64,000 nt of DNA from a bacterium (lineage in GTDB: Bacteria; BMS3Abin14), in contig CP070719.1 of assembly GCA_020350725.1 (NCBI GenBank), positions 1,579,404 to 1,643,403 on the forward strand, in the 5' to 3' direction. Of this stretch, positions 1 through 10,707 are shown one piece after another. The position numbers and the translations under genes are program-made. The notes under the pieces are model-generated. The model did not search any database, was not told the DNA's origin, and saw only the letters and a program-made list of their open reading frames with translations. Position 1 is the stretch's first letter. Each line of letters begins with the position of its first letter.

Positions 1-2
1 TC

Positions 3-2057
3 ACGGCCCTCAAGGGCGTGGGAGACAAGGTAGCCCGGAAACTGGAATCTCTTGGAATTGGGGTGGTCGAGGACCTGCCCTTTTTCCTCCCCCGAGCCTA
101 TCAGGACAGGACACACCCTCAGCCCATAACATCGCTCTTACCGGGGACCGTAGCGACGGTTCGGGGACAGGTTCTGTCGTTGCGTGAGAGACGCTACCGA
201 AGAAGGGTGACCCTGGAGATGATGGTATCCGACGGCCGGGGCGTTCTGATCGTCAAGTGGTTCCACTTCAGCAGATGGTTAAAGCGCAATCTCGAGCAGA
301 GGTTCCCGGTCGGTGGGGAGATCCTCGCTACCGGCAGGACGGATTCCTACGCAGGGGTTCTGGAGATGCATCATCCCGATCTGGCGGAGGTCGATGAAGA
401 CGGAGGAGAGGGTATCGTACCCATATACCCCCTCACCGAGGGAGTGACCCAACGGCAGATGAGGACGATCGTGGCGAGGGCCCTGGAAAGGACCCTCGAA
501 AAGATCCATGACCCTCTTCCGGAAAGGACCCTCCAACGGCACCGTCTTCCCGATCTCCGAAACGCTCTCATGGGTGTTCACAGGCCACCGGCCGGCAGCG
601 ACGTTGAAGCACTTAACGGGGGTGACAGTCCCTGTCACAGGCGCCTGAAGTTCGGAGAGCTCTTCTTCTTCCAGCTCGGTGTTCTCCACAGAAAGCATGT
701 TCTGGAATCCTGCCGTGCGGTCTCCCTCCCGGCGGATACCTCCCTTGAGAGTTCCTTCCTGAGATCCCTGCCTTTTACTCTCACCTCTGCCCAGAGAAGG
801 GTCCTGGATGAGATCGGAAGGGATCTGGAGAAGGAGGTGCCCATGCATCGTCTTCTCCAGGGAGATGTGGGTTCGGGCAAGACCCTCGTCGCTTTTATGG
901 CCATGCTGCGGGCCGCCGCGTCAGGCCGCCAGGCCGTCCTCATGGCGCCGACGGAGATCCTCGCGGAGCAGCACTTCAGGAACATGGTCATCTGGTCGGA
1001 TGGTTTCGGAGTCGGTATCCACCTGATCACCGGCGGCGTCACGGGGGACCAGAGAAGGGAGGCACTGCTTCGGGCGCGGGAGGAGGGGCCGGCCATCTTT
1101 GTCGGGACCCATGCGCTGATCCAGGAAGGGGTGTCCTTCCGGTCCCTCGCCCTTGCGGTGGTTGACGAACAGCATCGTTTCGGTGTCATGCAAAGGCTGA
1201 CACTTCGGGATAAGGGCCGATCGCCCCATTTTCTTGTCATGACGGCCACACCGATCCCCAGAAGCATGGGTATGGTTCTCTATGGGGATCTCGATATCTC
1301 GACCATCGACGAGCTTCCCCCGGGACGGAAAACGGTGGTCACCCAGATCCTGGGGGAATCGGACAGGGCCAAGCTCCATCTGTCCATTGCCAAAGAGGTA
1401 AAGGAGGGCCGGCAGGTCTACATCGTCTATCCCCTCGTGGAGGAAACGGATCGTTCAGCGCTCCTGGCCGCAAGGGAGATGGCGGAAAAGTACCGGGATA
1501 AGATCTTTCCCAACATGAGGATCGGCCTGCTGACGGGAAGAATGCCTCCAAGGGAAAAAGAGGAGGTCATGGGCGCCTTCCGCGAGGGACATTACCAGGT
1601 TCTAGTGGCCACCACGGTTATCGAGGTCGGTGTGGACGTGCCCAACGCCACCCTCATGGTTGTCGAGCATGCAGAGAGGTTCGGTCTGTTTCAACTCCAT
1701 CAGCTCCGGGGCAGGGTCGGCAGGGGAGGGCATCAGTCGAGGTGCATCCTGATGACGGGTCCTCAGATTTCGGGGGAGGCGATGGAGAGGCTGCAGGCCA
1801 TGGCGAGGACTGAGTCCGGTTTCGAGATCGCCGAGGAGGATCTCCGCATCCGGGGTCCGGGTGATTTCCTGGGGACCCGGCAGTCCGGAATGCCCGACTT
1901 TCGTTACGCCCATCCCCTGGTTGACAGGGATCTCCTCGCTGACGCGAGGGAGGAGGCCGACAGGGTCCTCGCCGAGGGGGCCCAGATACCGGCTCCCCTC
2001 GCGAAAGAGGTGGAGAGAATTTGGGCCGGGCGGCTGAATGTCGCAGTGTCAGGGTAG
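3..2057 (+). CDS. recG: ATP-dependent DNA helicase RecG (5' end lies upstream of the window)
   Basis: Frame is open from base 3 (TALKGVG...). Wedge/OB region, Walker A LQGDVGSGKT, DEQHRFG, MTATPIPR, QLRGRVGRG, and the TRG motif DLRIRGPGDFLGTRQSG. Confidence 0.97.
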   Translation, partial: TALKGVGDKVARKLESLGIGVVEDLPFFLPRAYQDRTHPQPITSLLPGTVATVRGQVLSLRERRYRRRVTLEMMVSDGRGVLIVKWFHFSRWLKRNLEQRFPVGGEILATGRTDSYAGVLEMHHPDLAEVDEDGGEGIVPIYPLTEGVTQRQMRTIVARALERTLEKIHDPLPERTLQRHRLPDLRNALMGVHRPPAGSDVEALNGGDSPCHRRLKFGELFFFQLGVLHRKHVLESCRAVSLPADTSLESSFLRSLPFTLTSAQRRVLDEIGRDLEKEVPMHRLLQGDVGSGKTLVAFMAMLRAAASGRQAVLMAPTEILAEQHFRNMVIWSDGFGVGIHLITGGVTGDQRREALLRAREEGPAIFVGTHALIQEGVSFRSLALAVVDEQHRFGVMQRLTLRDKGRSPHFLVMTATPIPRSMGMVLYGDLDISTIDELPPGRKTVVTQILGESDRAKLHLSIAKEVKEGRQVYIVYPLVEETDRSALLAAREMAEKYRDKIFPNMRIGLLTGRMPPREKEEVMGAFREGHYQVLVATTVIEVGVDVPNATLMVVEHAERFGLFQLHQLRGRVGRGGHQSRCILMTGPQISGEAMERLQAMARTESGFEIAEEDLRIRGPGDFLGTRQSGMPDFRYAHPLVDRDLLADAREEADRVLAEGAQIPAPLAKEVERIWAGRLNVAVSG

Positions 2058-2061
2058 AGCT

Positions 2062-2295
2062 TTATCAACAGGTTATTTTATGGGATAGTTGGCATCGGAA
2101 TTTCCTCGGGCTCTTGCCTCGAGCGGGGGTATAAATCCTGCCATAATCGACAATAAATGCTGTAACTATTTGAAATATATAAATTATGGGTAATGCCTAA
2201 AAGTTGTGCAATCTGGATGAAACCGCGATAAGTGATGTTTCGACCCGTTCTTTTCACAGGGTATTCCACGACCTATCCACAATTTCTGTGGAAAA
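2062..2295. promoter_or_regulatory. DnaA-box cluster with IHF site and AT-rich core
   Basis: TGTGGAAAA at 2287-2295 (reverse complement TTTTCCACA fits TTWTNCACA); 1-mismatch boxes CTATCCACA 2273-2281, CTTTTCACA 2250-2258, TTATCAACA 2062-2070; IHF consensus TATCAACAGGTTA 2063-2075; AT-rich tract about 2150-2200. Confidence 0.55.
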
Positions 2296-2383
2296 GAAAA
2301 AGGAACCCTTATTTTCCAGCAGTTTATGCCCTGCGGTAGGTCCTGGATGAATGTCAGAGGATGAAAACAGGAAAGGAGAGAAG

Positions 2384-2812
2384 ATGCCAGGCATTGAGAG
2401 AACCCTGTCGATCGTTAAGCCCGACGGAGTGGAAAAGGGAGTCATCGGCGATGTCCTCACCAGGTTCGAGAGGGCAGGCCTGAAGATCGTGGCCGCCAGG
2501 ATGGTACAGCTTTCGGTCTCTGAGGCGGGCGGCTTCTATACAGTGCACAGGGAGCGACCCTTCTACGGGGAACTGAAGGAATACATGGCATCCGGCCCTA
2601 TCCTCGTACTGGTGCTGGAGGGGGAGAACGCCGTAACCATGACCAGGGAGATCATGGGGGCCACGGATCCCCGTGAGGCCGCTCCCGGCACGATTCGGGC
2701 CGATCATGCGGAGAGCATTGAGAGGAATGTCGTTCACGGTTCCGATTCGCCGGAATCGGCGGCCTTCGAGATCCCTTACTTCTTCCCGGAGATTGAGGTC
2801 TATTCCTATTGA
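2384..2812 (+). CDS. ndk: Nucleoside diphosphate kinase
   Basis: [19 protein letters not shown] and catalytic [17 protein letters not shown] before ATG 2384. Confidence 0.97.
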   Translation: MPGIERTLSIVKPDGVEKGVIGDVLTRFERAGLKIVAARMVQLSVSEAGGFYTVHRERPFYGELKEYMASGPILVLVLEGENAVTMTREIMGATDPREAAPGTIRADHAESIERNVVHGSDSPESAAFEIPYFFPEIEVYSY

Positions 2813-2962
2813 AAGGGTTACAGCAGTCAGGTTACCGATGGTCAGAACACGGAAGGATGACCATATACGCAGAGATAGATCCGGTCTCAGGCAAAGACCT
2901 CCATCGTCGCCTGCTATTGCCCGGGACGGATGACTGGTGTCCTTCGGGATACTGAATGACTT

Positions 2963-4015
2963 ATGATGAAACGGAACTTCTTCGACCTGAAATTGAGTGA
3001 CCTGTCGGGGGTCCTCTCCGACATGGACCCGAAACCCTTCCGCCTCGGCCAGGTCCTCCGTTGGGCCTATGTCATGGGCGCAGACGGGTTCGATCTCATG
3101 ACGGACATGCCCAAGGACCTGAGGGATAAGCTCGACGAAGTCCTCGACCTGAGTCCCATGGCCGTCCTCGATGAACTTAGGTCCCGGGACGGTAGCGTGA
3201 AATGGCTTTACGGCCTTCACGACGGCGAGCTGGTGGAGTCGGTCATGATCCGGGAGGAGGGTCACAATACCTTATGCGTGTCCACCCAGGCGGGCTGCGG
3301 CATGGGATGCACCTTCTGTGAAACCGCAACCGTCGGTCTGAGGAGAAACCTCTCCCTGGGAGAGATCACGGCCCAGGTGGCCTACGCCATTCGAACCCTG
3401 GAGGGCCGAAACAGGCTCAGGAACCTCGTGTTTATGGGCATGGGCGAGCCCCTGAAGAACCTCGACGCCCTCGTCCCGGCCCTTGAGAACATCCTCGACC
3501 CCTCAGGCTTCGACTACAGCCCCAGGAGGGTAACCGTCTCCACATGCGGTTGGGTTCCCGGGATCGTTCGTCTGGCCAAGGAAGGCCTGGGTGTGAACCT
3601 CGCCATCTCTCTGAATGCGCCCGATGATTCCATTCGGGACCTTCTCATGCCGGTCAACAGGAAATATCCCCTCGCTCAACTGATGGAGGCAGTCCGGGCC
3701 TATCCCCTTAGGCCGCGCCAGCGGATCACTTTCGAGTACGTCATCATCGGCGGGATCAACGACAGTGACGAACACGCCCTGAAGGTCGCCGGGCTTCTCA
3801 GAGGCATACCCAGCAAGATCAATCTGATATCCTACAACGAGACCTCCGCCCGGTTCAGAAAGCCGGAGGAGGGGCGAATAGAGGGTTTTCAGAGGGTTCT
3901 CCTGTCCCGGGGTTGTCTGGCGACCATTCGCCGGAGCAGGGGTGAGGAGATCGGTGCCGCATGCGGTCAACTCAGAGCCCTTTCCAAAGGAACGGTCCAT
4001 GCCGGAGAAAAATAA
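2963..4015 (+). CDS. rlmN: Dual-specificity RNA methyltransferase RlmN (radical SAM)
   Basis: CVSTQAGCGMGCTFC (CxxxCxxC), FMGMGEP, C-terminal AACGQL-type motif (GAACGQL); follows ndk. Confidence 0.96.
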   Translation: MMKRNFFDLKLSDLSGVLSDMDPKPFRLGQVLRWAYVMGADGFDLMTDMPKDLRDKLDEVLDLSPMAVLDELRSRDGSVKWLYGLHDGELVESVMIREEGHNTLCVSTQAGCGMGCTFCETATVGLRRNLSLGEITAQVAYAIRTLEGRNRLRNLVFMGMGEPLKNLDALVPALENILDPSGFDYSPRRVTVSTCGWVPGIVRLAKEGLGVNLAISLNAPDDSIRDLLMPVNRKYPLAQLMEAVRAYPLRPRQRITFEYVIIGGINDSDEHALKVAGLLRGIPSKINLISYNETSARFRKPEEGRIEGFQRVLLSRGCLATIRRSRGEEIGAACGQLRALSKGTVHAGEK

Positions 4016-5006
4016 GAAAAGGGCACGGAAGCCCGATCCCAAGAGGCCCGACAAGGTCGTCGAACCCGACGAGATCCTCACCGATGACACCGTTACGGAA
4101 GGCTCGGACGAGATAGCCGTTGATGGCCGGGAGGAATCGACTGTCAGCCGAAAGCCCGTTGCCTACGACCCCATCGGCGCCTATTACCAGGAAATCAGAC
4201 ACTACCCGGTTCTGACCAGGGAGGAAGAGAAGGAATTGGCCATCAGCTACCTTGAGGATGGCGAGGTTGACGCAGCCTACAGCCTGGTCACCTCAAACCT
4301 TCGCCTTGTCATCAAGATCGCCATGGAGTACCGGCGCCTCTGGAAGGAGATCGTCGATCTGATCCAGGAGGGGAACGTCGGCCTCATGCAGGCTGTCAAG
4401 AAATACGACCCCTATCGCGGCGTCCGCTTCTCCTCCTATGCAGCATGGTGGATCCGGGCCTACATCATAAGATACATCATGAACAACACCAGAATGGTTA
4501 AGATCGGAACGACCCAGGCCCAGCGGACCCTCTATTTTCAGATGGGACGGGAAAGAGAGCGGCTCAGGCGGATGGGGATCGAGCCCGACAGCAAGGCCAT
4601 TGCCAAATCCCTGAGCGTCAAGGAGTCGGAAGTGGAAGAGATGGCAAAGCGTTTGCGGGGGGGCGACGTATCCCTGGACGCGACGCTGGGGGGTATGGAC
4701 AGCGATTTTACCCTTCTCGAAGCCCTTCCGGCTCCCCAGCCGGGCGCCGACGAGATCGTGGCAGACGCACAGGCCAGGAGCGTGTACCTCGAGAAACTGG
4801 CCGAATATGTGGCGGGACTTTCGGAAAGGGACAAAAAGATCTTCACTTCCCGGTGGATGAGGGACGACCCGCTCACCCTCCAGGAGATCGGGGAGCAGTT
4901 GGGCGTCACTCGGGAGAGGGTTCGTCAGCTGGAGGCAAGAATTCTGAAGAACCTGAGAAAGCACCTTGAGGGAGAGGGACTCAGTGCGGAAGACTTTTTC
5001 GCATAG
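3999..5006 (+). CDS. rpoH: RNA polymerase sigma factor, RpoH/sigma-32-like
   Basis: Region 2 DLIQEGNVGLMQAVKKYDP..RFSSYAAWWIRAYI; RpoH-box-like TTQAQRTLYFQM; region 4 TLQEIGEQLGVTRERVRQLE. Confidence 0.85.
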   Translation: MPEKNKKRARKPDPKRPDKVVEPDEILTDDTVTEGSDEIAVDGREESTVSRKPVAYDPIGAYYQEIRHYPVLTREEEKELAISYLEDGEVDAAYSLVTSNLRLVIKIAMEYRRLWKEIVDLIQEGNVGLMQAVKKYDPYRGVRFSSYAAWWIRAYIIRYIMNNTRMVKIGTTQAQRTLYFQMGRERERLRRMGIEPDSKAIAKSLSVKESEVEEMAKRLRGGDVSLDATLGGMDSDFTLLEALPAPQPGADEIVADAQARSVYLEKLAEYVAGLSERDKKIFTSRWMRDDPLTLQEIGEQLGVTRERVRQLEARILKNLRKHLEGEGLSAEDFFA

Positions 5007-6459
5007 GGCCATTACAGGGCAGAGGGCCGCCTTTCAAATCCTGGTCCTGGCCGGAGCGTTCCTGCTCGGGGTATCTATCAACGGCCAGACGTGGGCCGAC
5101 GACTTGGCATCCCTCCGGGAAACCAGTGACGCTTTCGTGCAGATCAGCAGAAAGGTCACGCCTTCTGTGGTGAATATCAAGACCTTCCGAAAGGTCGGGG
5201 GCCGGGGATATGACCTCAGCGACAGGGTTTTCGGCGACATGCTCGAGCCCTTCAGAGAATTCTTCGGCCGGGATTTTACCGAAAGGTTTTTCGGTACTCC
5301 CGATGAAAGAATGGTCCAGCAGGGCCTCGGATCGGGAGTCATCGTCAGGGACGAAGGAGTCATCCTGACGAACAACCACGTGATCCGAGGTGCGGATGAG
5401 ATCCTCGTGACCCTCGGAGACAGGACGGAGCTCAAAGCCCGGGTGATCGGGAGCGATCCCAGGACCGACATCGCTGTCCTCAGGCTTCCGGAGGGAACCT
5501 ATCCTTCCGCCGTGCTCGGCGACTCGGACGCCATCGAGGTCGGTGAGTGGGTGATCGCCATCGGAAACCCCTTCGGCCTCGGTCAGAGCGTCACCGTGGG
5601 GGTGGTGAGCGCCAAGGGGAGAGCCAACGTGGGTGTGGCGGACCTGGAGGATTTTATCCAGACGGACGCAGCCATCAACCCGGGCAACAGCGGCGGCCCG
5701 CTGATCGATCTGGACGGCAGGATTGTGGGTATCAACACGGCCATTTTCAGCCGCAGTGGAGGATATCAGGGAATCGGTTTCGCCGTACCCGTCAATATGG
5801 CCAGGGCCGTCATGAAGAGTCTCCTCAAGACCGGCCGAATCGTCCGTTCGGACCTCGGGATAAGGGTTCAGGGTGCCACGGAAGCTCTCCTCACCGCCCT
5901 CGGGGCTGGCCGCACCAGCGGCGTGATCGTCAGTGAGGTCATCCCCCAGGGGGTCGGTGATGAGGCGGGTATCCTCAGGGGCGATCTGATCACCCGAATC
6001 AAGGGCCGGGAGATCCGGGACACCGATTCCTACTACCGTATCGTCAGCCTGCTTCCCATAGGGGAGGAGGTGCCGGTGGTGGTCATGCGGGACGGACTTC
6101 CATTGACGGTTATGGTCAAGGTGGGAGAACTACCCTCCCGTCCCCAGGACACGTCCATTAGACTGCGAACGGCCCTGGGTTTCTCCGTCGAGGAGCTCAC
6201 CGAGGAAAATGCGGAGAGGTTGGGGTACCGGTACGACAGCGGGGTCCTGATAACCAGGGTTGTGCGGATGGGTCAGGCTGACCGGTCCGGCCTTGAGCCG
6301 GGGGATCTCATCATCGGTTTGAACGACGCCCGGTCTCCCGACCTGGATACCTTCCGTGAGTTGTTCGAGGGCATTGACTGGGGAGAAGAAGTCAGATTGG
6401 TCGTCAAGAGGGCCGGCAGGACCTTCACGGTGACCATGGTCCTCAGGCAGGAGGGTTAG
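4984..6459 (+). CDS. degP: Periplasmic HtrA/DegP/DegQ serine protease with two PDZ domains (start uncertain, 4966 or 4984)
   Basis: Signal/TM segment; GSGVI, TNNHV, TDIAV, IQTDAAINPGNSGGPL; two PDZ-like C-terminal repeats. Confidence 0.9.
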   Translation: MRKTFSHRAITGQRAAFQILVLAGAFLLGVSINGQTWADDLASLRETSDAFVQISRKVTPSVVNIKTFRKVGGRGYDLSDRVFGDMLEPFREFFGRDFTERFFGTPDERMVQQGLGSGVIVRDEGVILTNNHVIRGADEILVTLGDRTELKARVIGSDPRTDIAVLRLPEGTYPSAVLGDSDAIEVGEWVIAIGNPFGLGQSVTVGVVSAKGRANVGVADLEDFIQTDAAINPGNSGGPLIDLDGRIVGINTAIFSRSGGYQGIGFAVPVNMARAVMKSLLKTGRIVRSDLGIRVQGATEALLTALGAGRTSGVIVSEVIPQGVGDEAGILRGDLITRIKGREIRDTDSYYRIVSLLPIGEEVPVVVMRDGLPLTVMVKVGELPSRPQDTSIRLRTALGFSVEELTEENAERLGYRYDSGVLITRVVRMGQADRSGLEPGDLIIGLNDARSPDLDTFRELFEGIDWGEEVRLVVKRAGRTFTVTMVLRQEG

Positions 6460-6704
6460 GGCCAACGACCGAGGCCGGAAGGGTCCAGCGCCCAGAGACC
6501 GGAGAGGGCTCTGGACATGGCGGTACGAGGATGCGGGGACAAGGGGATGAACAGACAGGAGAAAGAGTTCCATATTCCATGTTTCAAACGTGGCCTGGCA
6601 ACCGGGAACGGGAGATTGAGCACCATCCTCCTGGAATCTGGACCGGGTGTCCGGATAGTGGAGTGTGGAATTCGGATTAAAATGAGCAGAGGACCTGACT
6701 CTTC

Positions 6705-7469
6705 ATGATCTCAATCAGGGGCATGACCAAATTCTACGGCTCATTCGAGGCGGTTCACGACCTGAACCTCGAGGTTCGGTCGGGTGAGGTCTTCGGCTTT
6801 CTCGGGCCCAACGGTGCCGGTAAGACGACCACCATCCGCGTCCTCGCGGGGCTTCTTCCCCCGACGGAGGGGCAGGTTGTCGTGGCCGGCAAGGACGTGG
6901 TCAAAGAGCCCCTGATGGCCAAGTCCGCTACGGGATTCATACCCGACACACCTTTCCTGTTCGAGAGATTGACGGGGAGGGAGTTCATCCGGTTCTCGGG
7001 CCGACTGTACGGGATGTCCGCAGCGGAACTGGACAGGGAGGGAGAGCGGCAGCTGGAATTTTTCGAACTCACCGAGTGGGCGAACCAACTTATCGAGGGC
7101 TATTCCCACGGCATGAAGAAGCGTCTCGCCATGGCTGCTTCACTCCTTCACAGCCCGGAGGTGATCATCGTGGACGAGCCCATGGTAGGATTGGACCCGC
7201 TGGGTGCGAGGAAAGTCCGGAACCTCTTCCGGCAGCTGGCGGAAAGCGGAGTGACCGTCTTTCTGACCACTCACGAACTTTCCACGGCCGAGGCCGTGTG
7301 CGACAGGATGGCCATCATCCATCACGGCAGGCTTGCGGCCCTGGGCACCGTAGAGGAGCTGGCGGCACGGGCAATGTCCCCGGGTTCCCCCCTGGAGGAG
7401 ATCTTCCTCCGCCTGACCATCGAAGGGGCCGCCCACGATCACGGAATGGCGACCAATGGCGTCCCTTAG
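6705..7469 (+). CDS. ABC transporter ATP-binding protein
   Basis: GPNGAGKTT, YSHGMKKR signature, IVDEP, TTH switch. Confidence 0.93.
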   Translation: MISIRGMTKFYGSFEAVHDLNLEVRSGEVFGFLGPNGAGKTTTIRVLAGLLPPTEGQVVVAGKDVVKEPLMAKSATGFIPDTPFLFERLTGREFIRFSGRLYGMSAAELDREGERQLEFFELTEWANQLIEGYSHGMKKRLAMAASLLHSPEVIIVDEPMVGLDPLGARKVRNLFRQLAESGVTVFLTTHELSTAEAVCDRMAIIHHGRLAALGTVEELAARAMSPGSPLEEIFLRLTIEGAAHDHGMATNGVP

Positions 7470-9153
7470 AAGGGTGGGTTTCGTTCGTTCACTGTCCCTT
7501 CTCCTCGGTTATCGGGTCAGGGAATTCCTAAACCTTTTTCTGTTCAGGGGGAGAAGGATCTGGGGGTGGAGCGCCTCCGTCCTTCTTCTCGGAGTTCTCT
7601 TCATCTGGTTCGATTATCTATTCTTTGCCAAACTCATCGTCGCCATCCAGGAGAGATTGGAGTTCCTCGCCCCGTACATGCTCCAGCAATTGATCCATAC
7701 CCTCTTTCTCTCCTTTTTCGGGCTCCTCGCTCTGTCCAGCATGGCTTCGGCCGTATCGGGATACTACATGAGCAGGGAGATACCTTTCCTGATAACCACT
7801 CCTGTCTCGCCGACAGCTTTCATCCTTCAGAGATCCTGGCTTGTTTTTATGCAGAGTGCCTGGATGATCCTGGTCTTCGGGACGCCGCCCTTTTTCGCCT
7901 ACGCCAATCGTCTCGGCCTCGGCCGTGACTTCATCACAGGGTGGTTCCCCGTGTTCCTGCTGCTGGTCCTCATTCCGGTCCTCATCGGTTCCGCTCTGGC
8001 CATTGTCCTGATGAGCATCCTGCCCGCTTCACGGGTGAGTCAGACCCTCAGTTTTCTCAGCCTTGCCGTCGGGGCGCTGATCGTCATCCTGTTCAGGATG
8101 AGCCGGCCGGAGCGCCTCTTCATGGACGTTCCGGAGGAACAGGTCATGGACTTCGTGAGAGCCATGTCCGTCCCCGAATCGCCCCTCATGCCGACGAGCT
8201 GGGCTACGGCAGCGGTTGTCAATCTCGGTCTGGACGGGAGCAGGGATATCTATTTTCTCAATCTCCTGTATCTGGTCGCTGCCGCGGCCGGGTGCGCCCT
8301 GCTCTTCTACATCGTGTTCCGCCTGCTTTACTGGAGGGGCCTCTCCTCCATTGAGGAGGGACGTATAAGGAAAAGCCCTGGAAGCATCACTCGAATGGAA
8401 TCTTCAGCTGAGAGGCTGCCGCCCGTCATAGGGTCCTACCTGATCAAGGACATCCTGATCTTTGTCAGGGATCCCGCCCGGTGGACCCAGCTTTTCCTCC
8501 TGGTGGCCCTAGTGGTCCTCTATGTCTACAATGCGCGCAGTTTCCCCATGGGCGGTTATTTCTACCGGAACCTGGTGGCCTTCCTCAACCTGGCCATCAG
8601 CGGTTTCGTCCTCTCGGCCCTGTGTGTGAGGTTTGTCTTCCCGTCCGTGAGCCTCGAGGGGCGGAGCCTCTGGGTGACCATGGCGGCACCTGTGCCCATG
8701 AGGAAATTTTTTCTGGCTAAATACATCTTTGCCTCCATTCCCCTGTGCCTGATCTCGCTCCTCCTCTCCCTCTCCACCAACCTGGTCATGCGGGTTGACG
8801 GTCATATGATCGTTCTCTTTACGGGGGCCTCCCTGGCCATGGCCCTTGCCCTGGTTGGACTGAACCTGGGGCTGGGGGCCGTCTTTCCCCATTTCCGATA
8901 TGAGAACGAGGCCCAGATACCGGCCTCCCCAGGCGGCGTGATCGCCATGATCCTGAGCCTCACCTACGTGGGTTTTATGGTCATATTCCTGGCCGCCCCC
9001 GTCTACAGGTTCTTTGCCGAGCCGATGGGCATGTCAGCCCTGACTCGGGGCGACTCTATTGCCGGGCTGACAGGTGCCGCCGTCCTCTCTGTGGTAACCG
9101 CCATAGTGCCTGTGGGTATGGGATTGAACAGGGTCGGGCATTGGGAGAAGTGA
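7456..9153 (+). CDS. ABC-2-type exporter permease (multi-TM)
   Basis: Many hydrophobic segments in two halves; overlaps the ABC ATPase gene. Confidence 0.8.
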   Translation: MASLRRVGFVRSLSLLLGYRVREFLNLFLFRGRRIWGWSASVLLLGVLFIWFDYLFFAKLIVAIQERLEFLAPYMLQQLIHTLFLSFFGLLALSSMASAVSGYYMSREIPFLITTPVSPTAFILQRSWLVFMQSAWMILVFGTPPFFAYANRLGLGRDFITGWFPVFLLLVLIPVLIGSALAIVLMSILPASRVSQTLSFLSLAVGALIVILFRMSRPERLFMDVPEEQVMDFVRAMSVPESPLMPTSWATAAVVNLGLDGSRDIYFLNLLYLVAAAAGCALLFYIVFRLLYWRGLSSIEEGRIRKSPGSITRMESSAERLPPVIGSYLIKDILIFVRDPARWTQLFLLVALVVLYVYNARSFPMGGYFYRNLVAFLNLAISGFVLSALCVRFVFPSVSLEGRSLWVTMAAPVPMRKFFLAKYIFASIPLCLISLLLSLSTNLVMRVDGHMIVLFTGASLAMALALVGLNLGLGAVFPHFRYENEAQIPASPGGVIAMILSLTYVGFMVIFLAAPVYRFFAEPMGMSALTRGDSIAGLTGAAVLSVVTAIVPVGMGLNRVGHWEK

Positions 9154-9411
9154 CAGGCCAAGTGGGATGCTCCATGAGTAATTTCCCAGAGTACAGAACG
9201 GCCTGAATTTTCAAAATCCTGGATCAGAGACCGGATTCAGAATCCACCTGACCAGTGCCCGGAACATCCTTCCCTATTTGACTAAATTCCGGGTTTGAGA
9301 TAAACCTCCCTTTGTCGAAGAGGGTTAAGTTAGGCATCTTGAACGGAGGTCATGGAAAGTGGCCCACAGTCATCAAGCCCTGGATCAAGATGTCCCTGTT
9401 GAAAAATACCA

Positions 9412-10083
9412 ATGACAGAAGGAACCAACAATCCTCTCAAGGCTACCATGATCGTGCTGGCGATCGTGTGTTGTTTTGCCTCCGCGACGTTCATCCTGGA
9501 TGACGAGACAGTCTTGGCAATCGTTCAAGAGGGTGGGCCTGTGGAAACGGCCTCTGCCGTGTTTCATCTCACGGGAGCGGTTCTGGCGGCCTTTCTCTCC
9601 TTTCGATTTGTCTGGAGGAGAGGGCTTCTATTGTCAATGTGTCTTCTTTTAATGGGCTTAAGGGAACTCGACTTCCATGTCAAATTCACTACCATGGGGA
9701 TTTATAAGCAAAACTTTTTTACCAGTCCTGAAGTCCCTTTGATCGAGAAAACCATTGTTACTGTTATTCATCTCCTGACAGTCATTCTGGTGATCTTCGT
9801 CATTCACTTCTTCCGCCGTTCGCTTGTGGATGGTATTAGAAACCATCGCTCCTACACCGTCACGACGCTGGCAGCTCTTCTTCTTCTTCCTTTCAGCAAA
9901 TTATTGGATTCTGGCATCACCTTCCTCACCCATGACATGAGCTTGGAACTCCCCGTGCGCATTAGGCTCTCCTGGGCGGTTCTGGAGGAGACGATCGAAA
10001 TGGGGCTCGCGCTTCTGTTTGTCGTTGCTTTAGTTCAATGGTGGATGGCTCTTCGAGGCGAAGCTCTGGAGACGCAGTCCTAG
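9412..10083 (+). CDS. Hypothetical integral membrane protein (lower GC)
   Basis: About 6 hydrophobic segments with EGGPVE, LRELD and EETIE motifs; visibly more AT-rich than its neighbours. Confidence 0.7.
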   Translation: MTEGTNNPLKATMIVLAIVCCFASATFILDDETVLAIVQEGGPVETASAVFHLTGAVLAAFLSFRFVWRRGLLLSMCLLLMGLRELDFHVKFTTMGIYKQNFFTSPEVPLIEKTIVTVIHLLTVILVIFVIHFFRRSLVDGIRNHRSYTVTTLAALLLLPFSKLLDSGITFLTHDMSLELPVRIRLSWAVLEETIEMGLALLFVVALVQWWMALRGEALETQS

Positions 10084-10311
10084 GGCCATGAAGAAAAAAA
10101 CCCTGGAAGAGCAAGACGGACTCAACTGCCATCCATCTCTTTTTCGATTAGCCAATAGATACGGGAAGGGACCCCTTGTCGGGTATGAAATGTCGGTGAC
10201 GGGATGTCAGGACAAGCCCTCAGCTATCAGCCGCAAAATGCTTGATTCCGTTTGACCAAACACCCAACCGGGGTTGGCCTGCCAAGGGCAGAGGGGAGAA
10301 GATCCGTCGTT

Positions 10312-10707
10312 ATGGGCGTTTCGGATGCTGACAGAAGGAACCTCTTGGCACTGCTGGACCGGCTTGCTGAACTGGAGCCTGAAGAGCTGCTTGACCATTT
10401 CACAACAGAAAATATTCAGGCTGTCAGAAGGGCGATCGAAGAGATCAAGGGAGATGTGACCATCGAGGCCACGATCTCCAGCCGGCGCTTCGTGGCGATC
10501 GTAAGGGAACTCAGTGAGGCGAAATCGATCTGGTCCGAGAAATGGAGCCAGACCATGAAAACGGTGGATGAACTATCGGGTAAAGGCAAGGAGGATCAGG
10601 CGTTGACAGTCCTGAGGGGATTTATCCGCTTCTGCCCATCGCCTTACTACCGCGCTCTGGGGAAGAAAATCCTGCGGAAGATGGAAGAGGAGGAGGAAAT
10701 CCAATGA
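10312..10707 (+). CDS. Hypothetical helical protein
   Basis: ATG with GAGGGGAG RBS; amphipathic helices; ends with CPSPYYR...; no family recognised. Confidence 0.6.
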   Translation: MGVSDADRRNLLALLDRLAELEPEELLDHFTTENIQAVRRAIEEIKGDVTIEATISSRRFVAIVRELSEAKSIWSEKWSQTMKTVDELSGKGKEDQALTVLRGFIRFCPSPYYRALGKKILRKMEEEEEIQ

